Origin: Nemertoderma westbladi
Lineage: Eukaryota > Animalia > Xenacoelomorpha
Length of the DNA stretch: 39,652 bases
Assembly: GCA_032718475.1 (NCBI GenBank)
Contig: JAUCBJ010005757.1
Coordinates: forward strand, 1-39,652
Direction: 5' to 3'
In this document: positions 22,857 through 35,095 of the stretch, one piece after another
Layout: the number at the start of each line of letters is the position of its first letter
Numbering within the stretch: the stretch's first letter is position 1
Made by a program: the position numbers and the translations under genes
The notes under the pieces: generated by a model
Database searches by the model: none
What the model was told of the DNA's origin: nothing
The model's input: the letters and a program-made list of their open reading frames with translations, nothing else

Positions 22857-23676
22857 GAAACGTGGGTCAAGTAGCACACTAAGACCGTAGGTACCCATGT
22901 CGTATCAGTAAATATTTATAAAATGATAAATTATAAGTTCTAGAACACTAAAAATCAAAAAAACTTGCAAGTAAAATGTAGGTACCCATGTCGTATAAGT
23001 GCCGCTTTATCAACCCACCAGTAGTACTCTGCTAGCTATTGCGGTTTGCAAATATATCCAAATAAATCTGGATGTCAACCAATGTCGTCTCATTCGACTT
23101 AGGAATTATTAGGTCAGGTCCGTTGTTGGTCGTTGATCTATCTTATATAATTATAATGAACACTCACCACTAATTCCTTCTTTATTCTTTACAACATGAC
23201 CGCTGGAATTTTTAGAGCTGGGGTCAAACATATGTGGTTTCATGATTGGCTAGTTAGTACGTAGTTAATTTATTAATTACCTAGAAATACTATCCTAAGC
23301 TACAATAGGCCTAATATGAAGGAAGCTAAAAATATATTATTTGGGAAAATATCCATATTCCTCCCCATTTTCAATTTTTGTAATAGCGAATTAGCATTTA
23401 TTATATCGTAGCAGTTATAGACATAATTAATTAATGTTATTAATTTATTATTGTTGTAATTAATCATTAATGTTCTTGAACGTAACTGTAAAAATAATGA
23501 TTTTTATGGTAGTATTTTAAAAAAAAATTACGGATCTAGCATGGATGAGTAGTGAGTACGGAACTAGTACGGAACTCGAGGGTAATAAAATACAATTTAT
23601 TGATTTCATTGATTTAATTTATTTTCTTTAAATTATCCCATTTATTGTCCGTAAATGTTCGGACTTTAAAGGGTAA

Positions 23677-24179
23677 CGGTTCCGTATGCCACTACACTTT
23701 TTAAACGTAAATCATTGTTGCTATGGCAACCATTGAGAGTTCTAGAACACCACATAAACATTATTTAACTGTTCTAGAACATAAATAAAATGAAATATAA
23801 TGTTCTAGAACATATAGCTGGTAATTTTAAAAATTCTAAATAGCTATATTTAAAAAAATTAAAGGAATTTTTTTAATAAATTGAGTGTTATAAATGTTAT
23901 AATTCCAGGTAGCTAGTAATTTTTAAGATAGCTAGTATTTTTTGTGGCAGCTAATAAAAAATAAAATTATTAAAAATTGTAAATATTGTAAAATTTTTTT
24001 TAAATTACAACCTAATTTAAAATTAAGAAATAACTAGCTACATGTTTTAGAACATTATATTATTTATTTGAAGTATGTTCTAGAATAGTTAAATAACACT
24101 TATATGGCGTTTTATAACTACTATTATTGCCATAGTAACAATGATTAAGGTTTAAAAAGTGTAGTGGCATACGGAACCT
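23677..24179. mobile_element. MITE of about 500 bp, possibly PIF/Harbinger-type
   Basis: ~50-bp terminal inverted repeats GGTTCCGTATGCCACTACACTTTTTAAAC... and ...GTTTAAAAAGTGTAGTGGCATACGGAACC. Flanked by TAA and TAG. AT-rich interior. Confidence 0.7.
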
Positions 24180-25597
24180 TAGCCAAATGTTAAGTTGTAG
24201 GATCTTTTGCTCCAAAAGATAGTTCAAATTTTTATCGAATTTTTGTTTCATTATTTGATTGACGTTTTGGAATATCACCTTCACCCACAAAGAAGAGCTA
24301 GTATACAGTATAGTAGCTAGTATTATTCAATTAGACATTTGTGCAAAATTTACCTCTTAAACTTCTAATTCAAAAAGGAAAAAAGAAAACAACATATTTT
24401 AAAATAAGGAAGTAGGCCTACTATTTTCAAAAACAATAATATATTTTTATGAAAATATAGGCCCTACTAGCTACAGTAGTAAGAAAAACACTAGCTACCA
24501 TAAAAATATATACTAAGGTTCTATAATTCACCAGGCACAACTAGGCAAGGAATTAGGACTAGAACATTCTACTAGAACATTCACCAATGTCAAAAAAACA
24601 CTCAAAACTCGAAAAAATCAATGTTCAAAAATGGTTACACAAACTATACTAGCGCCGAAATGCCGTCTAGGTATGCACAACAATGAGATCTCTTATTAGG
24701 CCTATGTTATTACATTTGTTAGCTATAGAGTCAAAATTTAACACCAGCTAACGTTCTAGAATAATATTTGTACTGTAATAATTCAGTGTGGCTTCTTTGG
24801 AGGAGCAAATTGATAACGACAAACTTTATTATAATCTTCACATTGACGTGAAATTCACTGTGTGTTCATTTATTTTGAAATTTGACTCTCAGGGTAGCTA
24901 ATAAATTCCGTCTGCATGGCCTATAGATTACAAAACCGTGGTTATTTCCTTATGAGGATTTAAACCTTACTGGTGATAAATTTTAAAATATATATATTTT
25001 GGATGTAATTCAATAGTTTTTATGGATATATAAATAATAATTATTCTGTTCAGTGGAGTCTTGAATGCTTTCAAAATTACCAACGTACATAAAATTTTAC
25101 ATATAGTAAACATTACAATTATTATTGTTACAGTATGCCGCCAATGACATCTAAAACTTTGTACAGTATTTATTAAATAAAAATAATAAATAAAATACTA
25201 TGTTCTAGAACTCTTGATTATGTTAACCTATCAGCGAACCGGTGATATCCTCGTAACAACGCAGCAAAGAAATCACTAACCTAAAACTTCTTGTTTGTTG
25301 AGTATTTTACATAGATGATAGCCATTATTGTACAGTAGGCTATGTGTAAGATTAATTCCGTTCAGTTAGTACAGAGCTGCCTACGATGCCTTGGCTTTTT
25401 TTACTGTTACCAGCCTGGGGTCCGCATCGGAGGCTACCTGGAACGGATCTAAACGACCTTCTCGGACGACCTCCACCTCTTCCCCATAACCACGATTCTG
25501 TCAACTGTGGGGTGAGCCACTAAGTAGGCGAAGCCTTAGAATAAGATTACCTTTAACGAATTGTCTGTCGTCGTCTGTCATCGTCGTCGTCGTCGTC

Positions 25598-26832
25598 TGT
25601 AAAAGCCTTTGCTGAATTGCCCCGTTATTTTTATTATCTTTTACATTAAAATACTCTGTAGTTGATTTAATAAGTGTAAGAGACCGTATTATTGCTGTAT
25701 CGGTGTTTTTAGAGGATCTAAGACCCATTTCCTCTGTATGTGTACTGTGAAAGGCATATTTTATGATTCTATGGCAATTCGTGACGCAAAAGGGTGATAG
25801 CTACTCTTGAACAGTAGTTACTATGACTACGGTTAACAGCTGACATTCATACGTGTTGATTTCCTTTGTTCTACGGCGTCTCTCAGTTCAGTCAGCCAAT
25901 GAGAGCGTTTTTGTGGCTCCTTGTACAGAGAATTTCCGAGAAATGACGAAATGCCTATGTGCAGTGTTTATCATTCAGTCTTGAGCCAAAGAAAGAACGG
26001 CTTAGAAATATTTTGTGCTGTACTGCTTTTTAGTCGTACACTGGTAGGTTTAATTAAAAAGGGCATATATCCTTTAACTGACTGATTGATATATTCAAAA
26101 CAACTGACTACTTGAATATCTCATGCCTATGTGCACTGACATACCGGTACTGAATTGTTGTTTTATACTGCTATTTGCTGTCAGTTCTTCATAATATGGT
26201 TGATGAATTATTATATTTGGAATAACGATAAATAACCCCGCAACCCAATATTCTTGATATACCGAAGGTAAGAGAGAAAGGTTACCAATAACGATTGTGA
26301 CTTGTGTTAAAGTGGTTTGAAGTGAATCTAATGTTATTTGATAGACCCTACATGAGTCAGCCTGTGTTCCTTTTATATGTGACTAAAATCAGTGAAGATT
26401 GGCAGATTAGTGTGCAGTATTGTGCAGCATAGTGTATGAGTGAGTCTGTTAAAGAAGCAATTCCTAAAGAATGCGCCATATATGTGGATTATAATTAAGC
26501 CATATCGTTGTGAGTAGTTTAAGTCATAACTCTGTTTATGTAGATAAAGCGCCACGTCCTAAAGGAACTGTTAATATTACCGAAGGTGAATAATATTGTC
26601 AGAGATTATATAATACTGTCAGTCGAATAATACATTAGGCTTACATAGCAATACAAATTAAACCGTCGAACCCAATCTCCCGGGAATATCCAGCGGGTGA
26701 ATGGTCGCGCACGGATTGGTTTCGACTAGTGTAGTGAATCAAATACTTGTCATAGACTAAAAAGCAGATTTATTATCTAGAAGACATTCTAATTTGGCGG
26801 GTTAAACTGCCAAAGGTCTGAAAGCGCGAACA
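25598..26832 (+). repeat. BEL/Pao 5' LTR
   Basis: TGTAAAAGCC...GCGCGAACA. About 3 mismatches to the 3' LTR seen by eye. Confidence 0.95.
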
Positions 26833-27124
26833 TTAAAGGATATTGCTTCTTTATTGCAGTAAGCAATAAAGTTGAAAGTACCGGTCAACCGGTAAACCTG
26901 AACAGTACACCTGTAGGTCAGTAGGCCCAACCGCTAGAACCGGTACTGCCGTATAAGTACACTAGTATTATTCGATTTGATTGTTGTATACCGGTAGGCT
27001 GTTTAGGGGATTAGGGATTGATCACCCCTTATACCTTTATATGGTTTACTTATTTCTGTCAAGTTTTATTTATTTGTAGGCCAGTATTGAACAGAAGGCG
27101 TGTAAGCCTGATCAGATTGTACAG

Positions 27125-27695
27125 ACGATTTGTAGGCTAAGCTGTTGTCTGATTGCTGTTAAGTCCGAACGGATTGCAGTGTGTGTAGATCACCTGTCCG
27201 ATTAAGTACGATTAGGCAGTAGGGGCAGTGAACACTGTAAGGTAAACCCCCAACTAAAGAATAAGTCGCACTACTGGGTTAGAGCGCATACTCCCTAATC
27301 ATTTCGGAGTCTGCATGTCCTGTAGTTTATTTAGGCTTGAGAGTAGTCTGCCATCGTTTAGTCTGTACTTTGTTTGTGTAAGTCTGTACGGGTAGCGTAT
27401 AATTTTATTTAGATAATTTGTAGGCTGGATAGTTGTCTGGCTGTTATTAGGTCTGAACGGATTGCCGCGTGTGTAGATCATCTGTCCGATTAAGTACGAT
27501 TAGGCAGTAGGGGCAGCGAACGCTGTAAGGTAATCCCCCAACTAAAGAATAAGTCGCACTACTGGGTTAGAGCGCATACTCCCTAATCATTTCGGAGTCT
27601 GCATATACCGTAGTTTGTTTAGGCTTGATAGTAGTCTGTCAGTGTTCGGTCTGTATTTTGTTTGAGTAGTTTGTACGCGTAGCGTAATATTTATT
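27125..27695. repeat. ~288-bp tandem duplication in the BEL 5' leader
   Basis: GAACGGATTGC...GGAGTCTGCAT occurs at about 27167 and 27455, with a nearly identical core of about 150 bp. Confidence 0.85.
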
Positions 27696-29019
27696 ATTCA
27701 GAGTTTATGCGATTATCCGCAACATTCATTCCCCAAGTTTGTTCCTACAGTAATTGTGTTTGTTATACATACCGCTATAGTTAAATTAACCCCGGTACTA
27801 CACGGGCTGCTCGGCGTAGGTAAAGACTGGTGATTTTGTGCATCGGTCACTCCAGCAGATGCCGTGGTTCTTTTAGCTGTTCAAGTATATTTAACTACTG
27901 ATTGTCTGTTATATAAGTACTCGTACCTAATTTAGGGTTTAGTGTACAGTACTTTCCGAAGTAATTATTGTAGACATTATATTTGTGTTGTAAAGTGGTT
28001 GATAGGCACATTCGATTAGCTCTATTAACTTCTAGGTAGGAACACTCCGTGATACATAACGTAGAACCTATAGCGATACGGCTATAGGTCGTCAGGCGGT
28101 GGTATTTTCCTATCTAGACAACGCAGTGTATTTACTACTACTTATTATTTCAAATACCGTAGTACCCTGTCCGTTGTAATAACCGGTTATCTAACCCTTT
28201 GTTAGGCTGGTTTGTAGACTTCTTGTAAAAAATTACCCTAAAAATTCGTATTTTGTGTTTTTTGTAAATTTTTGCATTTATTTAGAGATTGTAATCTCAC
28301 CCGAATTGTACGTAATTTGTAGTATTAAGTAACTTAGGTAAATTAGAATTATTTGTTTTAGTGTCCTATACGTAACACTTCACTGAAAGCGCACCGCTTT
28401 GTGTAGTGATTACTCCCCAGAAATAATAACATTTATTTCAAACATAGACAAAACCCATTAAAACGGGTATATATATATTATAAATCAAATCTAACGATTT
28501 ATAAATAGTAGGCCTACCATACAACCATTAGGTCTCAATATCAGTTGGATTACTGCTCAAATAACGGTAGTAAAGTAAGTAAAGTAACCAAGTAACCCTA
28601 AAATACAGAAATTCAATTATTTAAAATAATTGATATACCGGTATTTACGATAGGCCTATTATCTTTATTTCTATAAATTTAGGCTGAAATTATACCGGTA
28701 CTTATAATTAATTCTAGTCCAGAATTATATATACTACAAACTGTAAACTGTATACCGGTATTCCCGATAGGCCTATTATATATTTATATATATTTGTGCT
28801 AAAATTATACCGGTATTCTGTGATGAACCTAGTCTGTAATAATACTTATATAGTTATATATACCATAAGCATACCGGTGTTCTAATATATTATATATATA
28901 TCCTACTACACTGAGTAGCAGTAACGGTAATTAATTACTAGGCTAGCAGTTCATACTGAGTTACTAGACTTGCTTAGACTGTAATATAGCAGTAGGCATT
29001 CAACTGTACATACCTAGTC

Positions 29020-32000
29020 ATGTCTGATACTAAGCAGAACCTGTCAGACAGTCTACTAGATACAATGGATATCCTGCTCGGGCAGATGCAGGAGACTGTC
29101 CAGCAATTCAAGGGCACAGTAAGGGAAAGTAGGCTAGAGTTGCAAGAAGTGCAGCAAAGTATCGCGCTTGAACGCGATAAATTAGTAAATACCCAAAAGG
29201 GTATACCACCACCCTCTGTAACAATGTGTCAACCTGTTAGGTCTGAAGTATTGCATGCGCAAGGTGTGGAGCCTACACGCATATATACTGCTAGCGAAGT
29301 AGAAACTCCTATAGTGAACCCTATTAAGGGTAATTATAGACCTGTTGATAATGATATTCCCTATAGAACTGATCATAATCCGAGAAATTTATATACCGAT
29401 AACTCGATATTAAATAGCACGATGGCCCAAGAAAGTTTTACGCGTCAAATGGCTAGAACCGAAGCCCGGCAAGCGGTAAAGGTGGGAGAGATCGTTAAGT
29501 TCAATGGAGATGAGATGAAATGGTTACCTTTTAATGAATATTACAAAGATAACATACAGAACTCCGTACTATCTAATGGAGAAAAACTTAGATACCTCAT
29601 CGAGTGCTTGGAAGGATCTCCCAAGTCAATGGCGTTAAAATTTATTGGACATCCAGATGGATTAAGACAAGTTTGGGATACACTAAACATCAGGTATGGT
29701 AATAGGAATGACATAGCTGGGTATTTGTATGCAAAATTAATGGCGCCCCGAAAGTTTCTTAGCAGCGGGATTATAGAGTTTTCCGATGAGATTCAGGAGA
29801 TCTGTAGACAATTAGATTGGCTAGGTAAGTCTCATGAATACCAGAATTCTATGGTTGTAAGAGCCTTAGCATCTGCTTTGCCCAAGGGTGGAGTAGGTAC
29901 ACGCTGGGATAAGAAGGTGTTATATATGATGGAACAACAACGACGAGACCCTACCATGACTGATCTCATGTCATTCTTAGATAGAGAAGTGAAATTACAG
30001 CTCCTAAGGCAGTCCAGAGAGAAGACATTGGAAAACAAGGTAAGTGAGAAACCCGTTTCTAGGAGAAGGGTAACACCAGTATGTTATACCGACGACGGTG
30101 AAAGCCAAACCTCTCAAGGAGAGGACAGCGGGAAAGACACTGACAGGCCTTATTATGTCAATAAAATGCCTAAAGAACAGGTAAGTAAATCCAAGTCTCG
30201 ACCCAATGACAGAAGGGAACCGGTACAAAAAACCCCTCCTACGTCTCCTAAAGGAATTCAGGTGAGAAAGCCCGAGGAAAGAACAAGTGTGCACCACATA
30301 GCACAGGTTAAAGTAAGTAACATCAAGCCGAAATGTGTGCTGTGCGACGGGCCCCACCGTTTAAATGCGTGTGATAAATTCCTGAGGAAATCACTCGAGG
30401 ATAGACGTGAAGTCATGTGGGATAAGCGGTTGTGTTATAATTGCCTCAGACGAGGACACCAACGGCGAACCTGTAACTCCGACGCAAGGTGTGCAAAGTG
30501 CGGCGCAAAACATCATATCTTGTTGCACACGGAATTCGAACGAAACAGCCCGAGTCAGGTAAGTGAGTCCGAACTACATGTCCAATTCAGTGATGTTAAC
30601 GACACTGATCAATCTGAGATGGAAGGATTCTATACGGACGAGTTCTCCGACCAAAACGAATCCTGTTACCTAATAAACACCACCGCAGTGTATCGAGCAC
30701 TCGTGTATGAGAAAGACACAGACAGCGACCTTACCTTAACTACTTCCGATCAACAACCATCTTGGAAAGCGCCAACTTCCAATATAGGAATCCGAGAGTT
30801 TCCTGTGGTGCAGGTAAGGGTGCACGGACCTAAACGGAGTTATGTAGTGAACGCCCTCCTGGACTCCGGCAGCACAGGAACATTCATCGATAAAGAGCTA
30901 GCCGAAGATATATTTGCTGGACAACCCAAGTTCCAAACTAAGCTCAACATGTCAGGCATTATGCAAGTTTGGAAATCTACAATAACAGCTGATTATTATG
31001 TAGGCGCGTTGTCCACCCCACAAGACGAACTAGGAGAATACAGTATAAGGTCAGTGAAAATGGTGGCTATAAAGAACTTCGCTACTACTCAAGCAGACCT
31101 TTATAATTGGGACGAGGATGAGAGCATCCAACATCTTAACATACCTCGATTCCAGACTGATTATCCTGGAGTGCAAATACTCATCGGCCAAAACGCGCAT
31201 GAGGCGCTGGAGACATTAGAGAAACGACCTGCTCAACCGCAGCCACTACAGACCTATGCGGTAAGAACTAGAGTAGGTTGGTACCTTACTGGACCTTCCC
31301 GTAGAACGCTCAGGGAAAGACTGCTTCAAGATCGCGTCTGCCAGCGGAGTAAATGGGAAGATGATACTAGTGAGGGAGACGACCCAACTGAGGGAACACC
31401 ATACTCCTCAGATAATGACAATCTTAGCTCCAATGTAGATCAATGGAGATATTGCCCCAAGAAGTTTAATCCAACAGACATCGCTTCCAGAGGAGCAACT
31501 CCTCAAGAACTGACAGATACTATAGACCGGTTGGGTGAACCCGACTTCCTGAGTAAGGAGAATGAATGGCCTCCCCATCTTACTCCGACTGAGATTAGAC
31601 CAGCCAAGGGAGCGGAGAAAGTTAAACCTAAAACCCGGACGGGTGGAGCGGAGTTATTTGAACCCGGGATAGATCTGTCGGTATTGCATATTGCCAGGGA
31701 TGACGCCGTGGATCTGGACCTCCCCACCGCGAGTGGATCCTTCATGAAGATCAGAGAGAGCGATTGGAGCTCTGGAACATCAGACGTCTCGCAGGGACTC
31801 TCACCTCTCCTGCAGAGAGCGACGGACCACTATAGCTCCTGGAATCGGCTTTGTGACGCCGTCATATACTTTGAGCGATGTTTCTATCGTCACTATTCCA
31901 GGACGAAGAGGAAACCTGGAATTGTATTCAGGATGCAGCGACTCAATCACCCAGTCGGTCGTTTGTGTTTATCGGAAGGGAATGGAGGACTCTCCGGAAA

Positions 32001-32073
32001 CTGTGGAAGGCAAGATTCTCTTCCCACGACCACCTCCCTAATCCTTCAAACATCTAGGGACCCCATAACGTAA
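29020..32073 (+). CDS. BEL/Pao Gag-protease polyprotein (1017 aa) with a truncated pol remnant
   Basis: DUF1759-like region (KFNGD..KW..F, EKLRYL..CLEG). BEL triple knuckle CVLCDGPHRLNAC, CYNCLRRGHQRRTC, CAKCGAKHHILLH. Protease ALLDSGS, then GWYLTGP, then the post-RNase H motif WRYCP..NPTDIASRG and YSSWNRL. No YxDD RT or DDE integrase. Confidence 0.9.
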   Translation: MSDTKQNLSDSLLDTMDILLGQMQETVQQFKGTVRESRLELQEVQQSIALERDKLVNTQKGIPPPSVTMCQPVRSEVLHAQGVEPTRIYTASEVETPIVNPIKGNYRPVDNDIPYRTDHNPRNLYTDNSILNSTMAQESFTRQMARTEARQAVKVGEIVKFNGDEMKWLPFNEYYKDNIQNSVLSNGEKLRYLIECLEGSPKSMALKFIGHPDGLRQVWDTLNIRYGNRNDIAGYLYAKLMAPRKFLSSGIIEFSDEIQEICRQLDWLGKSHEYQNSMVVRALASALPKGGVGTRWDKKVLYMMEQQRRDPTMTDLMSFLDREVKLQLLRQSREKTLENKVSEKPVSRRRVTPVCYTDDGESQTSQGEDSGKDTDRPYYVNKMPKEQVSKSKSRPNDRREPVQKTPPTSPKGIQVRKPEERTSVHHIAQVKVSNIKPKCVLCDGPHRLNACDKFLRKSLEDRREVMWDKRLCYNCLRRGHQRRTCNSDARCAKCGAKHHILLHTEFERNSPSQVSESELHVQFSDVNDTDQSEMEGFYTDEFSDQNESCYLINTTAVYRALVYEKDTDSDLTLTTSDQQPSWKAPTSNIGIREFPVVQVRVHGPKRSYVVNALLDSGSTGTFIDKELAEDIFAGQPKFQTKLNMSGIMQVWKSTITADYYVGALSTPQDELGEYSIRSVKMVAIKNFATTQADLYNWDEDESIQHLNIPRFQTDYPGVQILIGQNAHEALETLEKRPAQPQPLQTYAVRTRVGWYLTGPSRRTLRERLLQDRVCQRSKWEDDTSEGDDPTEGTPYSSDNDNLSSNVDQWRYCPKKFNPTDIASRGATPQELTDTIDRLGEPDFLSKENEWPPHLTPTEIRPAKGAEKVKPKTRTGGAELFEPGIDLSVLHIARDDAVDLDLPTASGSFMKIRESDWSSGTSDVSQGLSPLLQRATDHYSSWNRLCDAVIYFERCFYRHYSRTKRKPGIVFRMQRLNHPVGRLCLSEGNGGLSGNCGRQDSLPTTTSLILQTSRDPIT

Positions 32074-35000
32074 CAACATATGGAGTGGGTGTGTGACTCT
32101 ATTATTTTATATTCTTTTATTATTTTTATATTTATGTATGTATTACTATGTAATTCTATTATAATCGTTTTCTTTAATTTTATTCAGTAGAATGTTATTT
32201 TAGCGATTATTTTGTAGAATAGTGCAATATATTCGTGTTTATTACGTACATACTTACTTATATTATATTTAGTGCGACGGCGAAGAAATAATTATTTTTT
32301 CTCTTTCCTTACTGTCCGTATTATATTATAAATACGTAACTACAGTAAGATGAAATGTCTGTACTTATTAAAGTACAATAAAGCCACTACTATATTTAAG
32401 TATTATTGGTAGGCAGAGTATTAGGAATGCAAAGTTCAGATCCTCGTGTCTCGGCTAAACCAAGCTCTGGGTAGACCTTGGAAACGACTTGCCTCTTCAC
32501 ACTGACATTGCTTCGTGCGATATTGCTCTCATACCGTATATTAAATAATACATATAGTAGCGTGATGTCCCTTTAACAGTAGCGTATAACGCAAAATAAA
32601 TCTGTTAAACCCTTTGACCATCTGTAATTCTAGTCGATTAAGATATCGTGGCACCCACCGATATACTTGAAAGACAAATTATAGAATCAGTGGTTAACGT
32701 CCCCAGACAAGTTCTGGAATAAATCGGTGCCCATCTCAAATATTAATTATTTAATATTTGCAAATCTAATAAATCAAAATCTGTAAAATTCAGATCCTTC
32801 AACAATTCTAGTCAATTAAGATATCGTAGCATTTACCGATATTCTTAAAAAAGACAATTGTCATAGAATTAAGGATCTTGTGTCCCTAGACATGTTCTAG
32901 AATCAAAATATGTCCATTTAATTATCAAATAATAAAATTTCAGGGAATAAATTTAAATTCATGCCTTTTAATGAATTTAATAAATTGCCATTTTTACGCA
33001 ATTTATAAAGTTCCCAAAATTCCATTAATTAATAGATCAAGGGAGCGGAGATTTATCTTATCATGCGTATGAGTGTGTGAAAGTCTCCCAAACATAGTCA
33101 ATAGCCGATAAAATTCATAAAGTCATGTATAAAACCGAACATTGACTATTAAAGAATACTATTAAATAACATCCCAGATCTGTATGCATTGGAACTACCC
33201 TAATTCTACCGCTAGCTTTGCATAATGTCACCATAGCAACAACCACGCTAGAATTAGAATTGAGTTAAACGAACAATAGAAAGCTTGTCCCATTGAATAG
33301 CATAGGGAATAAATAGCGCACTACTAGTATCCAAGGATACATAATAATACAGTGACATTCTGGAAGGCATTGACTAACGGACAAATGGCCCGAATGTGTG
33401 TAATTTGTGACAAGTTGTGTGTGTGGTATTTGTGAGTTTATAGGTGAATGTTACTGCTAAGGTGTGTTTACAGTAGCCAGTCGCAATCGTAAAGTAACCT
33501 AACTCTCCAAGGAATACCTGAAGTACATCTAAGCCTTTGGGACGGACAGTCGAGTGACTTGTGCCGGTTGTCGTTGTCGTTGTGCGGCTACGTCGTTGGC
33601 GAAAGTACGGCGGCGACGACACATCGGCGCTGAGGATCTCGTACTGTCCGGGGGTTGATTGAAGTAGGCAGCGACGCCCGCTCGCCTAAATGTGGACTCA
33701 TTATAATATGGATAAACTCATATATAGCAGATATGACGGAGTTGATAGAAGATGGTCTTGGTATCGGGGAGCGATATACTCTACTTTTACAAGCGCTTGT
33801 TGATAGCTTAATACGCGGCGACGTTAGTCCAACTGCTGCGGAGGACGATGGTCGTTATATCGAACCGCCAATGTCCCAAGAGCAGCTCACGCGTGAGTTG
33901 GACTATAGAAAATTCGCTGCTCGATATACGCGGCGTAATGGTACGTATATGGGCTTCTTAACTACTGGTCATCCTATCGATTTACACAATACGGACTATG
34001 TCGACTATATATCCTGCCCAGCGGAGTCGGAACCATAAACGGAAATTCGAATGCGAAAATTCTATTCGAAATCGACTCGAAAGAAAAGACACTTAAGAAA
34101 CAAATGGACGCGGTAACTCCAACGTATATTTGGAATTCTTGATAGAAGCATTGTAACAACAAATAAATATCACCCGCGTTTACCCTACCAGACGTGCGTC
34201 TTTGGTATTATTACGATAAATGCCCTAGACCCAACTAATAAACGGAAAGACATAAACATCCACGTAAACCGAAACTTGTTGACGTATCACCTATGCTCAC
34301 TCGGCTCGAACGATCCTGGAGTAAACCTACGATCAGAGTCCCGGAATACTCGGTCAAACCTCCTCATTCCTTAGTTGGACCTCAGACCTGCGATCTTGGT
34401 GGTGTCGCGGATCCTCGCGGACTGTATTCACTGTTCAAGATCTAGTGCTACCCTAACAATTAATCGGTAACACTCCGACAGTGATTTCTAGCTAGCCGCC
34501 CATCTTACCTAGCCGGATTGTGACGCGGACACCTAATATCACTATCCAACCGTATGGTCGTCCACGTTTAACGCGATACAACCCCTCATCAAGGTGAAGG
34601 AGAGCGTTGTACGAAACGAGTTAAACGCTATTTTATAAAGATCAAAAAGGAAACCTGCGTTTGTTCAGATAAACGTAAGTTATAACAGTGAGTCCAATCG
34701 ATAAACGAATTGGCCTTATCTCAATTCGATTGGGAAATCCAGAATCTCTAAGAAGTTATCGAACTTGGACGATCCTATTCTCTGCGAGAGTTTTTGGATG
34801 AACGTATCCAGCTACGAGCGGAGGAAAATCAGCTCGAGGAGAAGCATATCGAAACGGCAGATACCTCGACCACAATCCTACACCTTCTGATGCAATCATA
34901 TTGCACCCTTCACCCAGGAGTTATGGCCCTCCTAGTAAAGTGGCTCCCCCCAAAGAGAAAAAGACTCTTGCTAGCCTCAAAAAACTGCGTAAACGCCGTC

Positions 35001-35095
35001 TGCGTAAGAAAGACTAACTGTTTAGAGTATCTTTATGTTTTAGAAACTGTGATTTTTATATTTTATAGACTGAAAATCCCATTTTCTGGGAGCGG

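Larger units (their letters stand above)
21675..23003. mobile_element. Inverted-repeat-bounded non-autonomous DNA element
   Basis: ~70-bp inverted repeats: GGCACTGATACGACATGGGTACCTACATTTTACTTGCAA...GTTCTAGAACTTATA at 21675-21745 and its reverse complement at about 22933-23003. No TSD recognised. Confidence 0.6.

Noticed and set aside
23040-23245. Small minus-strand exon(s) MKPHMFDPSS... with a GTGAGT donor
   Set aside because: No recognisable protein, and no plausible downstream exon at a workable intron length.
25230-25550. GC-richer patch as a host exon
   Set aside because: No frame gave a recognisable motif or a consistent pair of splice sites.
27167-27605. Tandem self-cleaving ribozymes (retrozyme-like)
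   Set aside because: No hammerhead CUGANGA/GAAA core or other clear ribozyme consensus seen on either strand.
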